A stretch of 27,728 nucleotides of DNA from a virus (Duplodnaviria; Caudoviricetes), in IMG/VR virus record IMGVR_UViG_3300017766_004832, positions 1 through 27,728 of that record; one strand, written 5' to 3'. The stretch's first letter is position 1. Each line of letters opens with the position of its first letter. The notes under the pieces are model-generated. The model did not search any database, had not been told where the DNA came from, and saw only the letters and a program-made list of their open reading frames with translations. Below are positions 1-9,602 of the stretch, one piece after another. The position numbers and the translations under genes are program-made.

Positions 1-81
1 AAACTCAGTTGAACATAGTGCATTTATCATACCATTGGCTCTAGCTCTACCAATAGTATAAAAACCTAGTTTTTTATTCAT
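1..81 (-). CDS. 5' part of a hypothetical protein running off the left edge (MNKKLGFYTIGRARANGMINALCSTEF...)
   Basis: ATG at 81-79, 14 nt after the stop of 96..572. The frame stays open for 27 codons to position 1. Confidence 0.55.
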   Translation of the reverse strand, partial: MNKKLGFYTIGRARANGMINALCSTEF

Positions 82-95
82 GACAAAAAATATGA

Positions 96-572
96 TTATG
101 TATTAGCAGATGAAGAATTTGAATTTGAAGTTGAAGTTATAGAATCTATTATTTTTTGTATCTCACTTTCGATGTCAGCATTTTCCTGCGTTTCATTTTG
201 CATAGCTAATTCCACGACTGATATTGGTTTTTCAGCTACGAATTCTTGATCGATTAAGGATGAAACCGCAGATAAAGAAGTATCTACATCTGGATCTAGG
301 ATATCATGCTTAAGTTTGAACCAATCATATGGAGCAGAATCGTTTGCAATCTTCTTGATATCATCCAATGTAGGAGGTGGATTTGTTTTCCATATATTGA
401 TGTGATAGTCTGTTTGACATCTTGCAGGAGTGCCGTCATCTTTTCGCAATATTGTACCATCATTGTTGAAAGATATTGCCAATAAATCTTCTGTCAACAA
501 ATTAGTATAGTACCTGACGGTGATTGAGTGTTGATTTGGATCAAAATCAATTATTCGATACTTGATTTCCAT
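96..572 (-). CDS. hypothetical phage protein (158 aa) next to the fibre/adhesin genes
   Basis: ORF with a GAGG Shine-Dalgarno (AGAGGAAAAAATG) and a late-promoter-like CATAAATA upstream. No recognisable domain. Confidence 0.75.
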   Translation of the reverse strand: MEIKYRIIDFDPNQHSITVRYYTNLLTEDLLAISFNNDGTILRKDDGTPARCQTDYHINIWKTNPPPTLDDIKKIANDSAPYDWFKLKHDILDPDVDTSLSAVSSLIDQEFVAEKPISVVELAMQNETQENADIESEIQKIIDSITSTSNSNSSSANT

Positions 573-600
573 TTTTTCCTCTCGTTTTCCATATACTATA

Positions 601-608
601 TATTTATG
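601..608 (-). promoter_or_regulatory. T4-type late promoter-like element (CATAAATA) for 96..572
   Basis: One mismatch to TATAAATA, intergenic, 28 nt upstream of the ATG at 572. Confidence 0.5.
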
Positions 609-637
609 CTTTGAAATGTGTCATTTTGGGGAATTTT

Positions 638-1255
638 ATGTACAAAACATTGAGCAATGATCCTGAAGAAAGAAATCATGTCACATATTCGTGGGCATAT
701 TGGGATGGAGCTTTTTTAGAAAACGAACTTCAAGAAATTGAAAATATATGTTCTAGTAAAGAAATACAAAATGCTAAAATTATGGGAACAGAAAGTCAGA
801 ACGAAACTGAAAAAATAAGAAAATCAAAAGTTCATTTCTTTGAAAAAAATATGACAACGGAATGGATATTTGAAAAATTCAATATTGTAATATCACTAAT
901 AAATGATAGATATTACAATTATAATCTAAATGGATATAAAGATTTTCAGTATACGGAGTATCATGCTTCAGAAAATGGGAAATATGATTGGCATATGGAC
1001 ATGATACACGGAAACAACAATCTAAGAACTACAAGAAAGCTTTCGGTTGTACTCTGTCTATCTGATCCTGAAAAAGATTTTGTAGGCGGTGAATTTCAAA
1101 TAAACACAGGAAATGAAGAAAATTGTGAAACTATCTTTATGAAAAAAGGAAGAATGATTTTTTTTCCATCATATACCATTCATAGAGTCAAACCAGTAAT
1201 TCAAGGAATTAGAAAATCGATAGTAATATGGGTAACTGGTCCAAAATTTATTTGA
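638..1255 (+). CDS. 2OG-Fe(II) oxygenase (PKHD/prolyl-4-hydroxylase-like, 2OG-FeII_Oxy_3 type)
   Basis: Y-x-W-H-x-D (YDWHMD), RKLS, GGEFQI, FPSY-x-x-HRVKPV-x-x-G-x-RKS give the HxD...H iron triad and the RxS 2OG-binding motif. ATG 638 after GGGGA is preferred over TTG 611. Confidence 0.9.
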   Translation: MYKTLSNDPEERNHVTYSWAYWDGAFLENELQEIENICSSKEIQNAKIMGTESQNETEKIRKSKVHFFEKNMTTEWIFEKFNIVISLINDRYYNYNLNGYKDFQYTEYHASENGKYDWHMDMIHGNNNLRTTRKLSVVLCLSDPEKDFVGGEFQINTGNEENCETIFMKKGRMIFFPSYTIHRVKPVIQGIRKSIVIWVTGPKFI

Positions 1256-1258
1256 TAA

Positions 1259-2212
1259 TTATCCAGCAGTTTCCGTTGTAGTTGTATTTCCTACTAGAGT
1301 GCCTATGGTGATATAAGAAATCAAATTATTGCCAGAAACTGCAAATCCAACATTTCCTGTAGGACCTGTTGCTCCTGCAGGACCCCCAGCCGTTGCACCA
1401 AATGCAGTGCCAAATGCAACACCGCCACCATTGGAACCACCAAATCCAGACTGTGCAACATTTCCGCCAGGACCACCAGCACCGGCAGCAGGACTTGCTC
1501 CAGGAGCTGCTGCACCACCAGCACCACCTAGTGTTGCTGTTCCATTTGCGCCAGAAGAACCAGTACCGCCACTTGGATAAGAAGGTGAGACTACACCACC
1601 TGCACCTCCAAGACCACCTCCTGTTACTGAAGGTCCTCCACCTGCGCCACCACCGCCACCGCCGCCGCCATAGTAATTATTATAAGGAGCACCTTTACTA
1701 GGCACAAGTAAATATCCATAAGCACCGCCGCCACCACCTCCACCGCCACCAGAACCTCCCGGTCCTGCTGAACCGCCTCTAATTGTTCCTTGATTGTCTA
1801 AATATATTTTTAGAGATAAACCGCCAGTTTCAGCTTGAAAAGCTATTATACCATTTGCGCCAGTTCCCCCAGTTCCACCAGTAGAACCAGCTGTACCATC
1901 ACCACCAGATCCTGCAGGATTTATACCTTGTCCTTTACCTCCAGCGCCACCGACACCAGTAATTCCAGTATTACCTATATTACCCACAATGTTTGCAGTG
2001 TTTCGTATGAAAAAATACGTTGAATTAGCCCAACCAGGTCCAATTCTGAATGCAGGAAGATTCGGTGTATTGCTTGTGACATTTGCAGCCACAAAACAAT
2101 ACATGTTTAGTGGATAATTTGGCAAATTAGCAGCTATTCGCAAATTGATATTATTTGCAGCAGATGCTATGTTTATAAGTGCATATGGTCTAGTGACAAA
2201 TGTAAGAAACAT
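1259..2212 (-). CDS. glycine-rich receptor-binding adhesin-like protein (T2/T6 gp38-type polyglycine architecture)
   Basis: IRNTANIVG-(GxxG)n, LDNQGTIRGG...GGGGGGGG, a second poly-G tract and C-terminal G-x-AVSG. Directly follows a fibre gene. Confidence 0.65.
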   Translation of the reverse strand: MFLTFVTRPYALINIASAANNINLRIAANLPNYPLNMYCFVAANVTSNTPNLPAFRIGPGWANSTYFFIRNTANIVGNIGNTGITGVGGAGGKGQGINPAGSGGDGTAGSTGGTGGTGANGIIAFQAETGGLSLKIYLDNQGTIRGGSAGPGGSGGGGGGGGGAYGYLLVPSKGAPYNNYYGGGGGGGGAGGGPSVTGGGLGGAGGVVSPSYPSGGTGSSGANGTATLGGAGGAAAPGASPAAGAGGPGGNVAQSGFGGSNGGGVAFGTAFGATAGGPAGATGPTGNVGFAVSGNNLISYITIGTLVGNTTTTETAG

Positions 2213-2220
2213 ATTTGCTT

Positions 2221-3240
2221 TTATCCGCCTACATCAGGTATGAACGCACCATACATTCTCGTTCCGTCACAAACAAATGTGAAAATATCTCTTGATCCTG
2301 CAGCTGATGACAATGTTGGTGTAACATTTGCTGTAAATCTATAATTTCTTTGAAATGCAAGTGTTCTTCCACCAACACCATCTTGTATAACATGAAGAAT
2401 ATATGTTCCTACTCGAGGATTTGTAATATTTGCTAATGTTCTATTTCCAGCAAGAGTTACAGTTGCTATTTGACCATTTGCGCCGTCCCAGGTGATCGTT
2501 GCCGCATCAGTCAACGTCTGATCTACAACATTTGCTCTTGCAGTGGAATAGAATCCACCAACATCCAAATGCGCTCTTACGTTTCCGGCATATGGTGTTC
2601 CTGCATAAGAAAGACCTATACCAACATTTCCTGTCTGAACAACTCTTAGACCTTCGACCAAACCCGCACCAACCGATAGAACATCAAGAGCCGGTGAACG
2701 AATGAATGCGGTATTACTCCAATAAACACCAGCATTTGCTGCCGTAGTAACGAATACGACATTTCCACTAGAAAAAACAAGATTGCCAGTCATGGTGTTA
2801 CCAGTCTTGAACACCATATTGGTATTTGCTGCCGTCAATGCGCCATTATGACTTGTTAACACTCCGCCAAATGCTGTATTGATGCCCGTCATTGCACCAT
2901 TTACGGTGACTAATGCTCCATTAGCTGTTGATACTGCACCACCTACCTGATTGGCTTGCAAGAATGCGGCATTTGCATGTACTTGTGCGCTATTAGCTGT
3001 TCTATGAGCACCAAATGCGTATATATTGGCGGTATTTGCAAAATTAAAACTAGAAACAAATGTTGAATTAAGATCCAAACCATTGATCAAATAAGTATTT
3101 GCATTGACAACATTTGCTGTCATATTACGATAAGTAGTAAGATCATCACCCATCAAATTGTTATTGAAAACAATTATCTGATTTGTAATACCTCTCCATT
3201 CATCGAACGTATTTGTTAGTGCTACATTGCTAATAGGCAT
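2221..3240 (-). CDS. tail fibre-like virion protein (339 aa)
   Basis: N-terminal TNTFDEWR motif typical of T4-like fibre anchors, an Ala/Asn heptad segment, GNTMTGNL and GNVGIG fibre repeats, and a C-terminal TLTDAATITWD...QDGVGGRTL...DIFTF domain. Confidence 0.7.
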   Translation of the reverse strand: MPISNVALTNTFDEWRGITNQIIVFNNNLMGDDLTTYRNMTANVVNANTYLINGLDLNSTFVSSFNFANTANIYAFGAHRTANSAQVHANAAFLQANQVGGAVSTANGALVTVNGAMTGINTAFGGVLTSHNGALTAANTNMVFKTGNTMTGNLVFSSGNVVFVTTAANAGVYWSNTAFIRSPALDVLSVGAGLVEGLRVVQTGNVGIGLSYAGTPYAGNVRAHLDVGGFYSTARANVVDQTLTDAATITWDGANGQIATVTLAGNRTLANITNPRVGTYILHVIQDGVGGRTLAFQRNYRFTANVTPTLSSAAGSRDIFTFVCDGTRMYGAFIPDVGG

Positions 3241-3447
3241 TTATTTTTGCTCCGACAAAATCGAGAGAATTTTTTGCATTGTAGTTTTTATCTCTTCTAC
3301 TTCCTGCTTCAAATTATTTATTTCATTGATTTTAGACATCATCAATTTCTTTTGTTTATACTCATTTAGTTCGCTAAGATTTGTGTTTAGCAAAGCTTTT
3401 GATTTTACATCACGAACATATCTAGTATCTTTTACTTGCACTCTCAT
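3241..3447 (-). CDS. small conserved T4-like phage protein with a C-terminal coiled coil (68 aa)
   Basis: YVRD-x-x-SKALLN motif followed by a heptad pattern. TGATG overlap with the upstream gene, and its TAA abuts the next ATG. Confidence 0.8.
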   Translation of the reverse strand: MRVQVKDTRYVRDVKSKALLNTNLSELNEYKQKKLMMSKINEINNLKQEVEEIKTTMQKILSILSEQK

Positions 3448-6400
3448 CAGTCACCTGCCGGAAGTGCAATTGCTCTTAGATCACGGATCTTAGGAACAAC
3501 TGTTGTATCAGTAGAACTCATGACAATCTTGATTGCAAAATACTTGAATGAATCATAAGTTGTAGTTGCTGTAGAATATGTCACATTATCTGATGCCAAT
3601 GACGGTCTATATTCATACTCAATGTAGTCATTTGAGTTTGTTGAATACACACTATCAACCGTATATTGCTGCATTCTAACATAGTTCTTGCTATCAAAAT
3701 CATCAGGATCATTTCCGTTCATGATCTTATAATAAACTTGAATATCAGTAGCTGGTGGTTTGTATGCAGCTATGAATACTCTTAGATCACTTGAATCGAA
3801 TCCATCTTCAAGTTCAACTCTTCTTGTGATGTAACGAGCTAGATAATTACCGCCGGAATTTCTTGTTTCACCAGTAATTATTGCAACTGCATTTGTTTGT
3901 GCAGTATTTCCAACACCGTGCGTTGCAGGTCCACTTATTGTGATTATTGGTGTTTCTGTATAGCCAGAACCGAATGATGTGATATAAATCGCATCAACTT
4001 TTCCGCCTGTCACGTTCGCGACAGCTGCTGCTCCGCTTCCATTTCCCCCTGTAATAGTTACCGTTGGAACGCTAGTGTATCCAGTACCACCATCAGTAAC
4101 AACAATTGTGCCATTTGATAGATTAGCATTATTGATATAGTTTTCAACAGTAAATAGACCGACTCTTTGTATATCTACAACAGGAGAGATATGCTCGCTG
4201 ATTGTTGACATGTTGATTCTTAGAGTAAAGTCTTGAGCTGAATCAATCGCTCTACGACCAGATCCGTCGATGTTGAATTCATATACTTGATTATCTACCA
4301 CAGGAGTAAATGCAGATTCAACAATTCCTGTACCTAAAGGCTTTGATCTAAATGCATGTTCAACTGTAGAAGACGCATACTTCAGCATGTCTGTCTTGAC
4401 ATACATTACATCTGCTTTTATGTTTGATCCAGGATTTCTAACATTGAATAGAGCAGTTCCTGTTTGATTTTTTGTAAATTCACACTTTCTCATGACAAAC
4501 ATTAGATCTTCATCTTGGAAAGGTGTCCATGCTGTAGCATTTTGAGACTTGAATAGAGATCCCAAGTATGGCTGCTCAGATAGAACTCTATTTGTTCCAA
4601 GAATTGTTTCACCAAGTTTTCCGAGATAAACTTCATATTCTGGACTATCAGAATAAACAACAAGTGCATATTCTCCAGGTGGTATATACAACGGAGAAGG
4701 GAATTTGAATGTTGTTGCAGTAGCTGTATTAGCTGTATCTGGTAGATCTGAAATTTGAACATCATCGGCGTTTACAATGACTCTTCCATTTGGAAGTATC
4801 AATGAACTATGAGGATAACCATTTACTGTTGGACGAATTTGTATCTCAACAGGAATAGTTCCTAGACTATCTTTTGCAGCAAAGAATAGGTCAACGCTAT
4901 CTAAGAATAGTCCTTCTGGATATATTTGCTTCGGCACAAAGAATGTCTGAGACAGAGGATCGCCGCCACCGCCAAAGCCACCCGTATCAAACATTGGTGG
5001 TGGCGTAAAATCTGCTATTAGAGTTGTATTCAAGACTTGATCCTGAGTTACAACATCTTTTATAGTTCTTTCTTGTGTTACTGCAGTTCTTTCTAGTGTT
5101 GGAATACGTGTTGTTATAACTGTTTCTTCAGTTGTTCCAATTAAACCGCTAGACTCAAATTTTACATCACCGCTTGTTGTGCTTGCACCAAGGGATCCTG
5201 ATGCCGCATCAAGAATCCTAAACAATCTTGAACCAACTTTGAAGTTTGTTGATTGAGTTGAGGGAACAATGAATGTTCCAGCAACTTGACCATATGTGCC
5301 AATTTTTGATTCGCCGATTGAATATCTTGTATTTGATGTAGGTGTTGTTGTAAATGTTCCCGTAATTCTAGCATTTTTTGTTGTTTGATTATAATTTTCA
5401 ATTGTGTATGAAGTGCCTACACCAGAACCGGCAACAATGTACAATGTGTTTCCAGCATAGACGTTGCTAACGCTAGAAGCATCTGTTGATAATGTTATTG
5501 TATTAGAATTACCGCCACGAGCTGTGCCCGAGTAATGATAATATGATACAACAAGACCAGTATTTGAAGATCTATTTCCTGTCCAAGTATCACCAACTAC
5601 AACATTTCCAGTCACATCGGTAATATATGCAACATTATCCGTAGATCCCTTTAGTCTCTGAACAAATATTACATTTGCAGTATTCCCTGTTCCGGACTTA
5701 ATACTTTCAGAACTATTTTGAATATCTATGAAACGACCGCCAGTAACAACCATTTCATTTGCACGTTGTACATAGTTTGTTACGTCTGTATCGTCAAAAT
5801 AGAAGTATACTCTTTTTCCTGGCTTGAACTTGTATCCAACAAAGTCTATATCAATAGATCTAATTGCAGGAACAACGCTTAGATCAACAATTCTCTGTCC
5901 AAGTTTTGCTGTAATCGTATCAAATGAAATTTGCTTTTGAATACCACTTTGAATCTGTGTTGTCACAGTTGTTGTGGTTGTTCTCTGCACTTCATCTTGC
6001 CAAACCTGAAATCCTGATGTTCTCTGATCGTTGAATCTATTTGTTATTGTTTCAACTCCTACAGATTTAGTTAGCCAATCTCCGAATTCTGCATTGAATA
6101 CTGAAGTGTCATTATTCAATGCAGCAGCAAGAGATTCATATGCATCATTTTCGCCCGCCAAGTTTATGTTGACATCTGGTAAAACATTTTTCTCAAAGTA
6201 AAAATCACTTTCAGGATTTATTGCAATTGCTCCCAAAAATTTAGCATATAGATACGGTTGAACAGTTTCGTATTGTGTCGCCGCATTCTGTGTAATAAAT
6301 GGAACTGATGTAAATGGTATTGTAACAATACCATTATTAATGGAAACAAGACTGCTGCCTTGATAACTATAATCCATGAAATGACCAGTTGTATTAGCTT

Positions 6401-9400
6401 CTGGACGTAATTCTTCATTACTAAAGTCAATTGAGCATCTATAATCTGGGTTTTGAACATCACCTATCGCGTGACCCTTGAACGAATCTACAAGAATTCC
6501 GTTTTTGGTTCTATCAAGACCTGCAGCATCTTTAATCGAAATAAGCTGAGTATCTTTTTCCAAAAGATTTAGAGACGTATAATATTCAAGATTTTCTATT
6601 CTCTTTTCTAGAGAACCAATGTCTCTCATTGTATATCTTTTGTTTTCGATATACTTGACTAGAACATTTGCAGGTGATGCTGTATACGGAGGAACAGTCA
6701 AATTATACAACAACATAGATCCATCTGGGATTGAAGGATATTGTGGTGTTAATGATGATGTTCCTTCAATGATTTTTAAGAATCTATCTTTGGTCAATAC
6801 TACAGAATCTTTTCTTGCCAAATAATACTGATAGTCAGCATTGAATTCTTCATTTGGTAGACCAATTCTAAACTTTTCTAAAGTATATCCAGGAGATGTG
6901 TTTGAAGCATCCTGTCTTCTTGGTCTAAAATCAATGCTATCTCTTAGATCATATATTCTACCTGTTGAGATGCTAGTATATCTTGGAATATTTGCATACC
7001 CATCATATGAATCGACAGAGAAATATCCTAGACCGTCTGGAGTACTTGATCCGGTTTCGTGCAAGAAGTAACTGTAGCAAACCACGACATTTCCAGAAGG
7101 AGGAGTATTTCCGGGCTTTAGAATAATTCCGCCATGATCATAATGTGTATCTCTCTGTCCTGTGTCAAGAGTATATCTATTTGTTATGTTGGTATATGAG
7201 CTAAGTGCGGTTCCACCAGTAAATGCGGCTGTACCAATATCATATACTTTATCTAGACTAATTACGTCCGATGTGTATAAAGTATCTTTTTGTCCTGGTG
7301 TTTTATTTGGCGATCTTAGATGAACTTGTCCAACTGCAGTATATACTCTTGTATTGGCAGATGTTCCTACGACGTTATAAACAAGATTAGCTGTTCCGCC
7401 TTGAGTGCTAATGTGAGTTGAATTTGAAGTTACAAGTGTTTTCTTCTTTTCATTTATTGCAGTTCCTGAAGTTATAGAAACCTTAGCTAAAATGTCTGCT
7501 TTGAAAGTAGCTGCTATAGGACCAGTAAATGATGCAGAAGTTGCGCTTGTAACGTCTATTTTAGCAGGACTTCTAGTCATAGCTAAAATACTACCATTTG
7601 CACCTAAAGTAGAAACGTTTGCAAAATTGTCTTTTATGACAACAATGAAGTTTTCAAGTGACTCCGTTGTAGATATTGGAGAACCAACCGCGGCTGAATA
7701 CACTTCACCTGTACCCGGAGAAATACCAGATGCAACTCCCAAAGTAAATGTTTGATTTGCTGCCAAAACTTTATAATATGAGTATGATTGATCCGTGATG
7801 TTTTTTGCTATGTAATCCTGTGGCAATTCAAACAAATACTTATTGAAATTAGTATCTGTCAAGAATGTATCGCCACTTGATACTCCACCAATTTTTGAAA
7901 AATCACTAACATCATAAGAACCAGTTATAACTGTTGGTGTCGATACCGATGCATAGACAAGAGATTCGATATCTTTTGTAGAAAAGAACACTCCATAGGT
8001 ATCAGTATTTGCAACAATTGATGAATTGCCAATATTTGAATCTAAAAATGCTGTTCTGGAAGTAGCATCATATCTAGTAATTGTTCGCTGTGTACCAGAA
8101 AGTGTACCAGAAGTGATTCGAATTATTGCACCCAAATATGCATTTGCAGTTGCTGATGTAGCTTCTCTAGAAGTAGTGTTTGTTGTTGAAACATTTGAAA
8201 GAACTATACTATCAGCATTTGCTGTGAAGATTGTTCCTGTTATGTTTGAAAATTGAGTATCCGCAATGTATACTTTGTAATTATAAGTGCTAGAATTTTG
8301 TGTATTTGATGCACTATAATAATCAATGTTTACAAGTCTTGCTGTACCTATTTTGCTTGATGTATATGTTGTTGATGTATTATTGTTTACGACAGAAGCG
8401 TCCAAACAATGTAGATCAACTATTTGTGGACCAACACCAGACGAATCAAACTTGAATGTTCCTGTACTTTGAGCACCTCTAATTGAAGAAATATTATTTG
8501 TTATTAGATAATTTCCATAATTTAAGGATAGAGGATAGTTATTTACGTTTGATGTTGCAAGAGATCTTTTAGCATCTAGATTTACAGGCGCTTCTGTTCT
8601 AAATTCATAACCTTCAATATATGCTTTACCAGGATCCAAAGTTACAGTAAACAATTCTGTATTTGGATTTAGAATGTTTGCTGTATTTGCATGATCTCTT
8701 AGTCGGATATTGAAAGGTCTAACGGTGTAGCTACCAGATTCATCGTTCGTTCTTCTAGCAAGAGTATCTGCTAGAATTGAATATTCTGGATATATTATTT
8801 TCTTTGTAATAACACCATCTTCTAGTCTCATTATCTCAATAAACTGTGCATCATCGGTACTATCAAGTGTTCTTTTTGCTAATGTTAGATTTATTTTATA
8901 ACGAGATGCTCCAGGAGCTTGATAATTTGAAGCTTCCAAAGCAGGGTCTAGTAGACTTGTGTCAGATCCGGGTGCTACAATTGTTTTGTCTAACTCAAGA
9001 CCAATCTTGCAAGAAACATTATTTGCTTTATAAGGATCCAAAATTATAGTTTGAGCACCTACTCTTGCGAAATAGCCGTCTATGTATAAAACTCCATCAG
9101 AAATACTGCACGTACTACCAACTCCAGAACTTCCAATAGTATTGGCGTAATTTAGTAAATCAGTTGCTCTAATTGTATCATTATTGAATTGATCATTAGA
9201 AAAATATCTTACCATCAAAACTGGAGTTGTTCCAGACTGAACTGCAGCAACATATGCTGTCGCATCTGTAGTAGCTGTATTTGTTGTATTGTTTACATAT
9301 TTTCTGTCAAAGTTTGAGACATTTATGTCAACATTAGCATATTGAGATTGTAAATTTATTGAAATTTCACTAGAAAGGGATAATTGAGCGCCTTGTACAA

Positions 9401-9593
9401 TGCTGCCGTTCTTGAAAACGTGATCACCAAATCTTTGAATCTGTTTCTGTAAAACTGTTTGTAGCTGTGTAAGTTCGCGCGCCTGAACAGCAAATCCCGG
9501 ACGAAACAAAATATTATAAAAATCTTTTGTCTCGTCATAGTCGTTATAATACGGTGCATCAGCTGCTTCTGTAGGTACGATTTTATCTACCAT
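3447..9593 (-). CDS. large baseplate-associated structural protein, DUF4815/VrlC-like (2048 aa)
   Basis: Hallmark APYYNDYD...LFRPG-x-AVQARELTQLQ, plus NYQAPGA-x-RYKI, LARRTNDESGSY, NKRYTMRDIG-x-LEKRI, DPLSQTF and a C-terminal FAIKIVM...P-x-IRDLRAIA. Follows gp8. Confidence 0.9.
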   Translation of the reverse strand: MVDKIVPTEAADAPYYNDYDETKDFYNILFRPGFAVQARELTQLQTVLQKQIQRFGDHVFKNGSIVQGAQLSLSSEISINLQSQYANVDINVSNFDRKYVNNTTNTATTDATAYVAAVQSGTTPVLMVRYFSNDQFNNDTIRATDLLNYANTIGSSGVGSTCSISDGVLYIDGYFARVGAQTIILDPYKANNVSCKIGLELDKTIVAPGSDTSLLDPALEASNYQAPGASRYKINLTLAKRTLDSTDDAQFIEIMRLEDGVITKKIIYPEYSILADTLARRTNDESGSYTVRPFNIRLRDHANTANILNPNTELFTVTLDPGKAYIEGYEFRTEAPVNLDAKRSLATSNVNNYPLSLNYGNYLITNNISSIRGAQSTGTFKFDSSGVGPQIVDLHCLDASVVNNNTSTTYTSSKIGTARLVNIDYYSASNTQNSSTYNYKVYIADTQFSNITGTIFTANADSIVLSNVSTTNTTSREATSATANAYLGAIIRITSGTLSGTQRTITRYDATSRTAFLDSNIGNSSIVANTDTYGVFFSTKDIESLVYASVSTPTVITGSYDVSDFSKIGGVSSGDTFLTDTNFNKYLFELPQDYIAKNITDQSYSYYKVLAANQTFTLGVASGISPGTGEVYSAAVGSPISTTESLENFIVVIKDNFANVSTLGANGSILAMTRSPAKIDVTSATSASFTGPIAATFKADILAKVSITSGTAINEKKKTLVTSNSTHISTQGGTANLVYNVVGTSANTRVYTAVGQVHLRSPNKTPGQKDTLYTSDVISLDKVYDIGTAAFTGGTALSSYTNITNRYTLDTGQRDTHYDHGGIILKPGNTPPSGNVVVCYSYFLHETGSSTPDGLGYFSVDSYDGYANIPRYTSISTGRIYDLRDSIDFRPRRQDASNTSPGYTLEKFRIGLPNEEFNADYQYYLARKDSVVLTKDRFLKIIEGTSSLTPQYPSIPDGSMLLYNLTVPPYTASPANVLVKYIENKRYTMRDIGSLEKRIENLEYYTSLNLLEKDTQLISIKDAAGLDRTKNGILVDSFKGHAIGDVQNPDYRCSIDFSNEELRPEANTTGHFMDYSYQGSSLVSINNGIVTIPFTSVPFITQNAATQYETVQPYLYAKFLGAIAINPESDFYFEKNVLPDVNINLAGENDAYESLAAALNNDTSVFNAEFGDWLTKSVGVETITNRFNDQRTSGFQVWQDEVQRTTTTTVTTQIQSGIQKQISFDTITAKLGQRIVDLSVVPAIRSIDIDFVGYKFKPGKRVYFYFDDTDVTNYVQRANEMVVTGGRFIDIQNSSESIKSGTGNTANVIFVQRLKGSTDNVAYITDVTGNVVVGDTWTGNRSSNTGLVVSYYHYSGTARGGNSNTITLSTDASSVSNVYAGNTLYIVAGSGVGTSYTIENYNQTTKNARITGTFTTTPTSNTRYSIGESKIGTYGQVAGTFIVPSTQSTNFKVGSRLFRILDAASGSLGASTTSGDVKFESSGLIGTTEETVITTRIPTLERTAVTQERTIKDVVTQDQVLNTTLIADFTPPPMFDTGGFGGGGDPLSQTFFVPKQIYPEGLFLDSVDLFFAAKDSLGTIPVEIQIRPTVNGYPHSSLILPNGRVIVNADDVQISDLPDTANTATATTFKFPSPLYIPPGEYALVVYSDSPEYEVYLGKLGETILGTNRVLSEQPYLGSLFKSQNATAWTPFQDEDLMFVMRKCEFTKNQTGTALFNVRNPGSNIKADVMYVKTDMLKYASSTVEHAFRSKPLGTGIVESAFTPVVDNQVYEFNIDGSGRRAIDSAQDFTLRINMSTISEHISPVVDIQRVGLFTVENYINNANLSNGTIVVTDGGTGYTSVPTVTITGGNGSGAAAVANVTGGKVDAIYITSFGSGYTETPIITISGPATHGVGNTAQTNAVAIITGETRNSGGNYLARYITRRVELEDGFDSSDLRVFIAAYKPPATDIQVYYKIMNGNDPDDFDSKNYVRMQQYTVDSVYSTNSNDYIEYEYRPSLASDNVTYSTATTTYDSFKYFAIKIVMSSTDTTVVPKIRDLRAIALPAGD

Positions 9594-9602
9594 TTTTTAT
9601 CC

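Noticed and set aside
562-597. Possible sigma70 promoter (TTGATT ... TATACT) for the oxygenase
   Set aside because: The 24-nt spacer is too long, and a -10 alone in AT-rich DNA is not enough.
1321-2023. Overlapping Pro-rich and His-rich ORFs (1329..1580, 1369..1701, 1321..1527, 1835..2023)
   Set aside because: They are shadows of GGN-rich codons in the adhesin gene and have no start signals.
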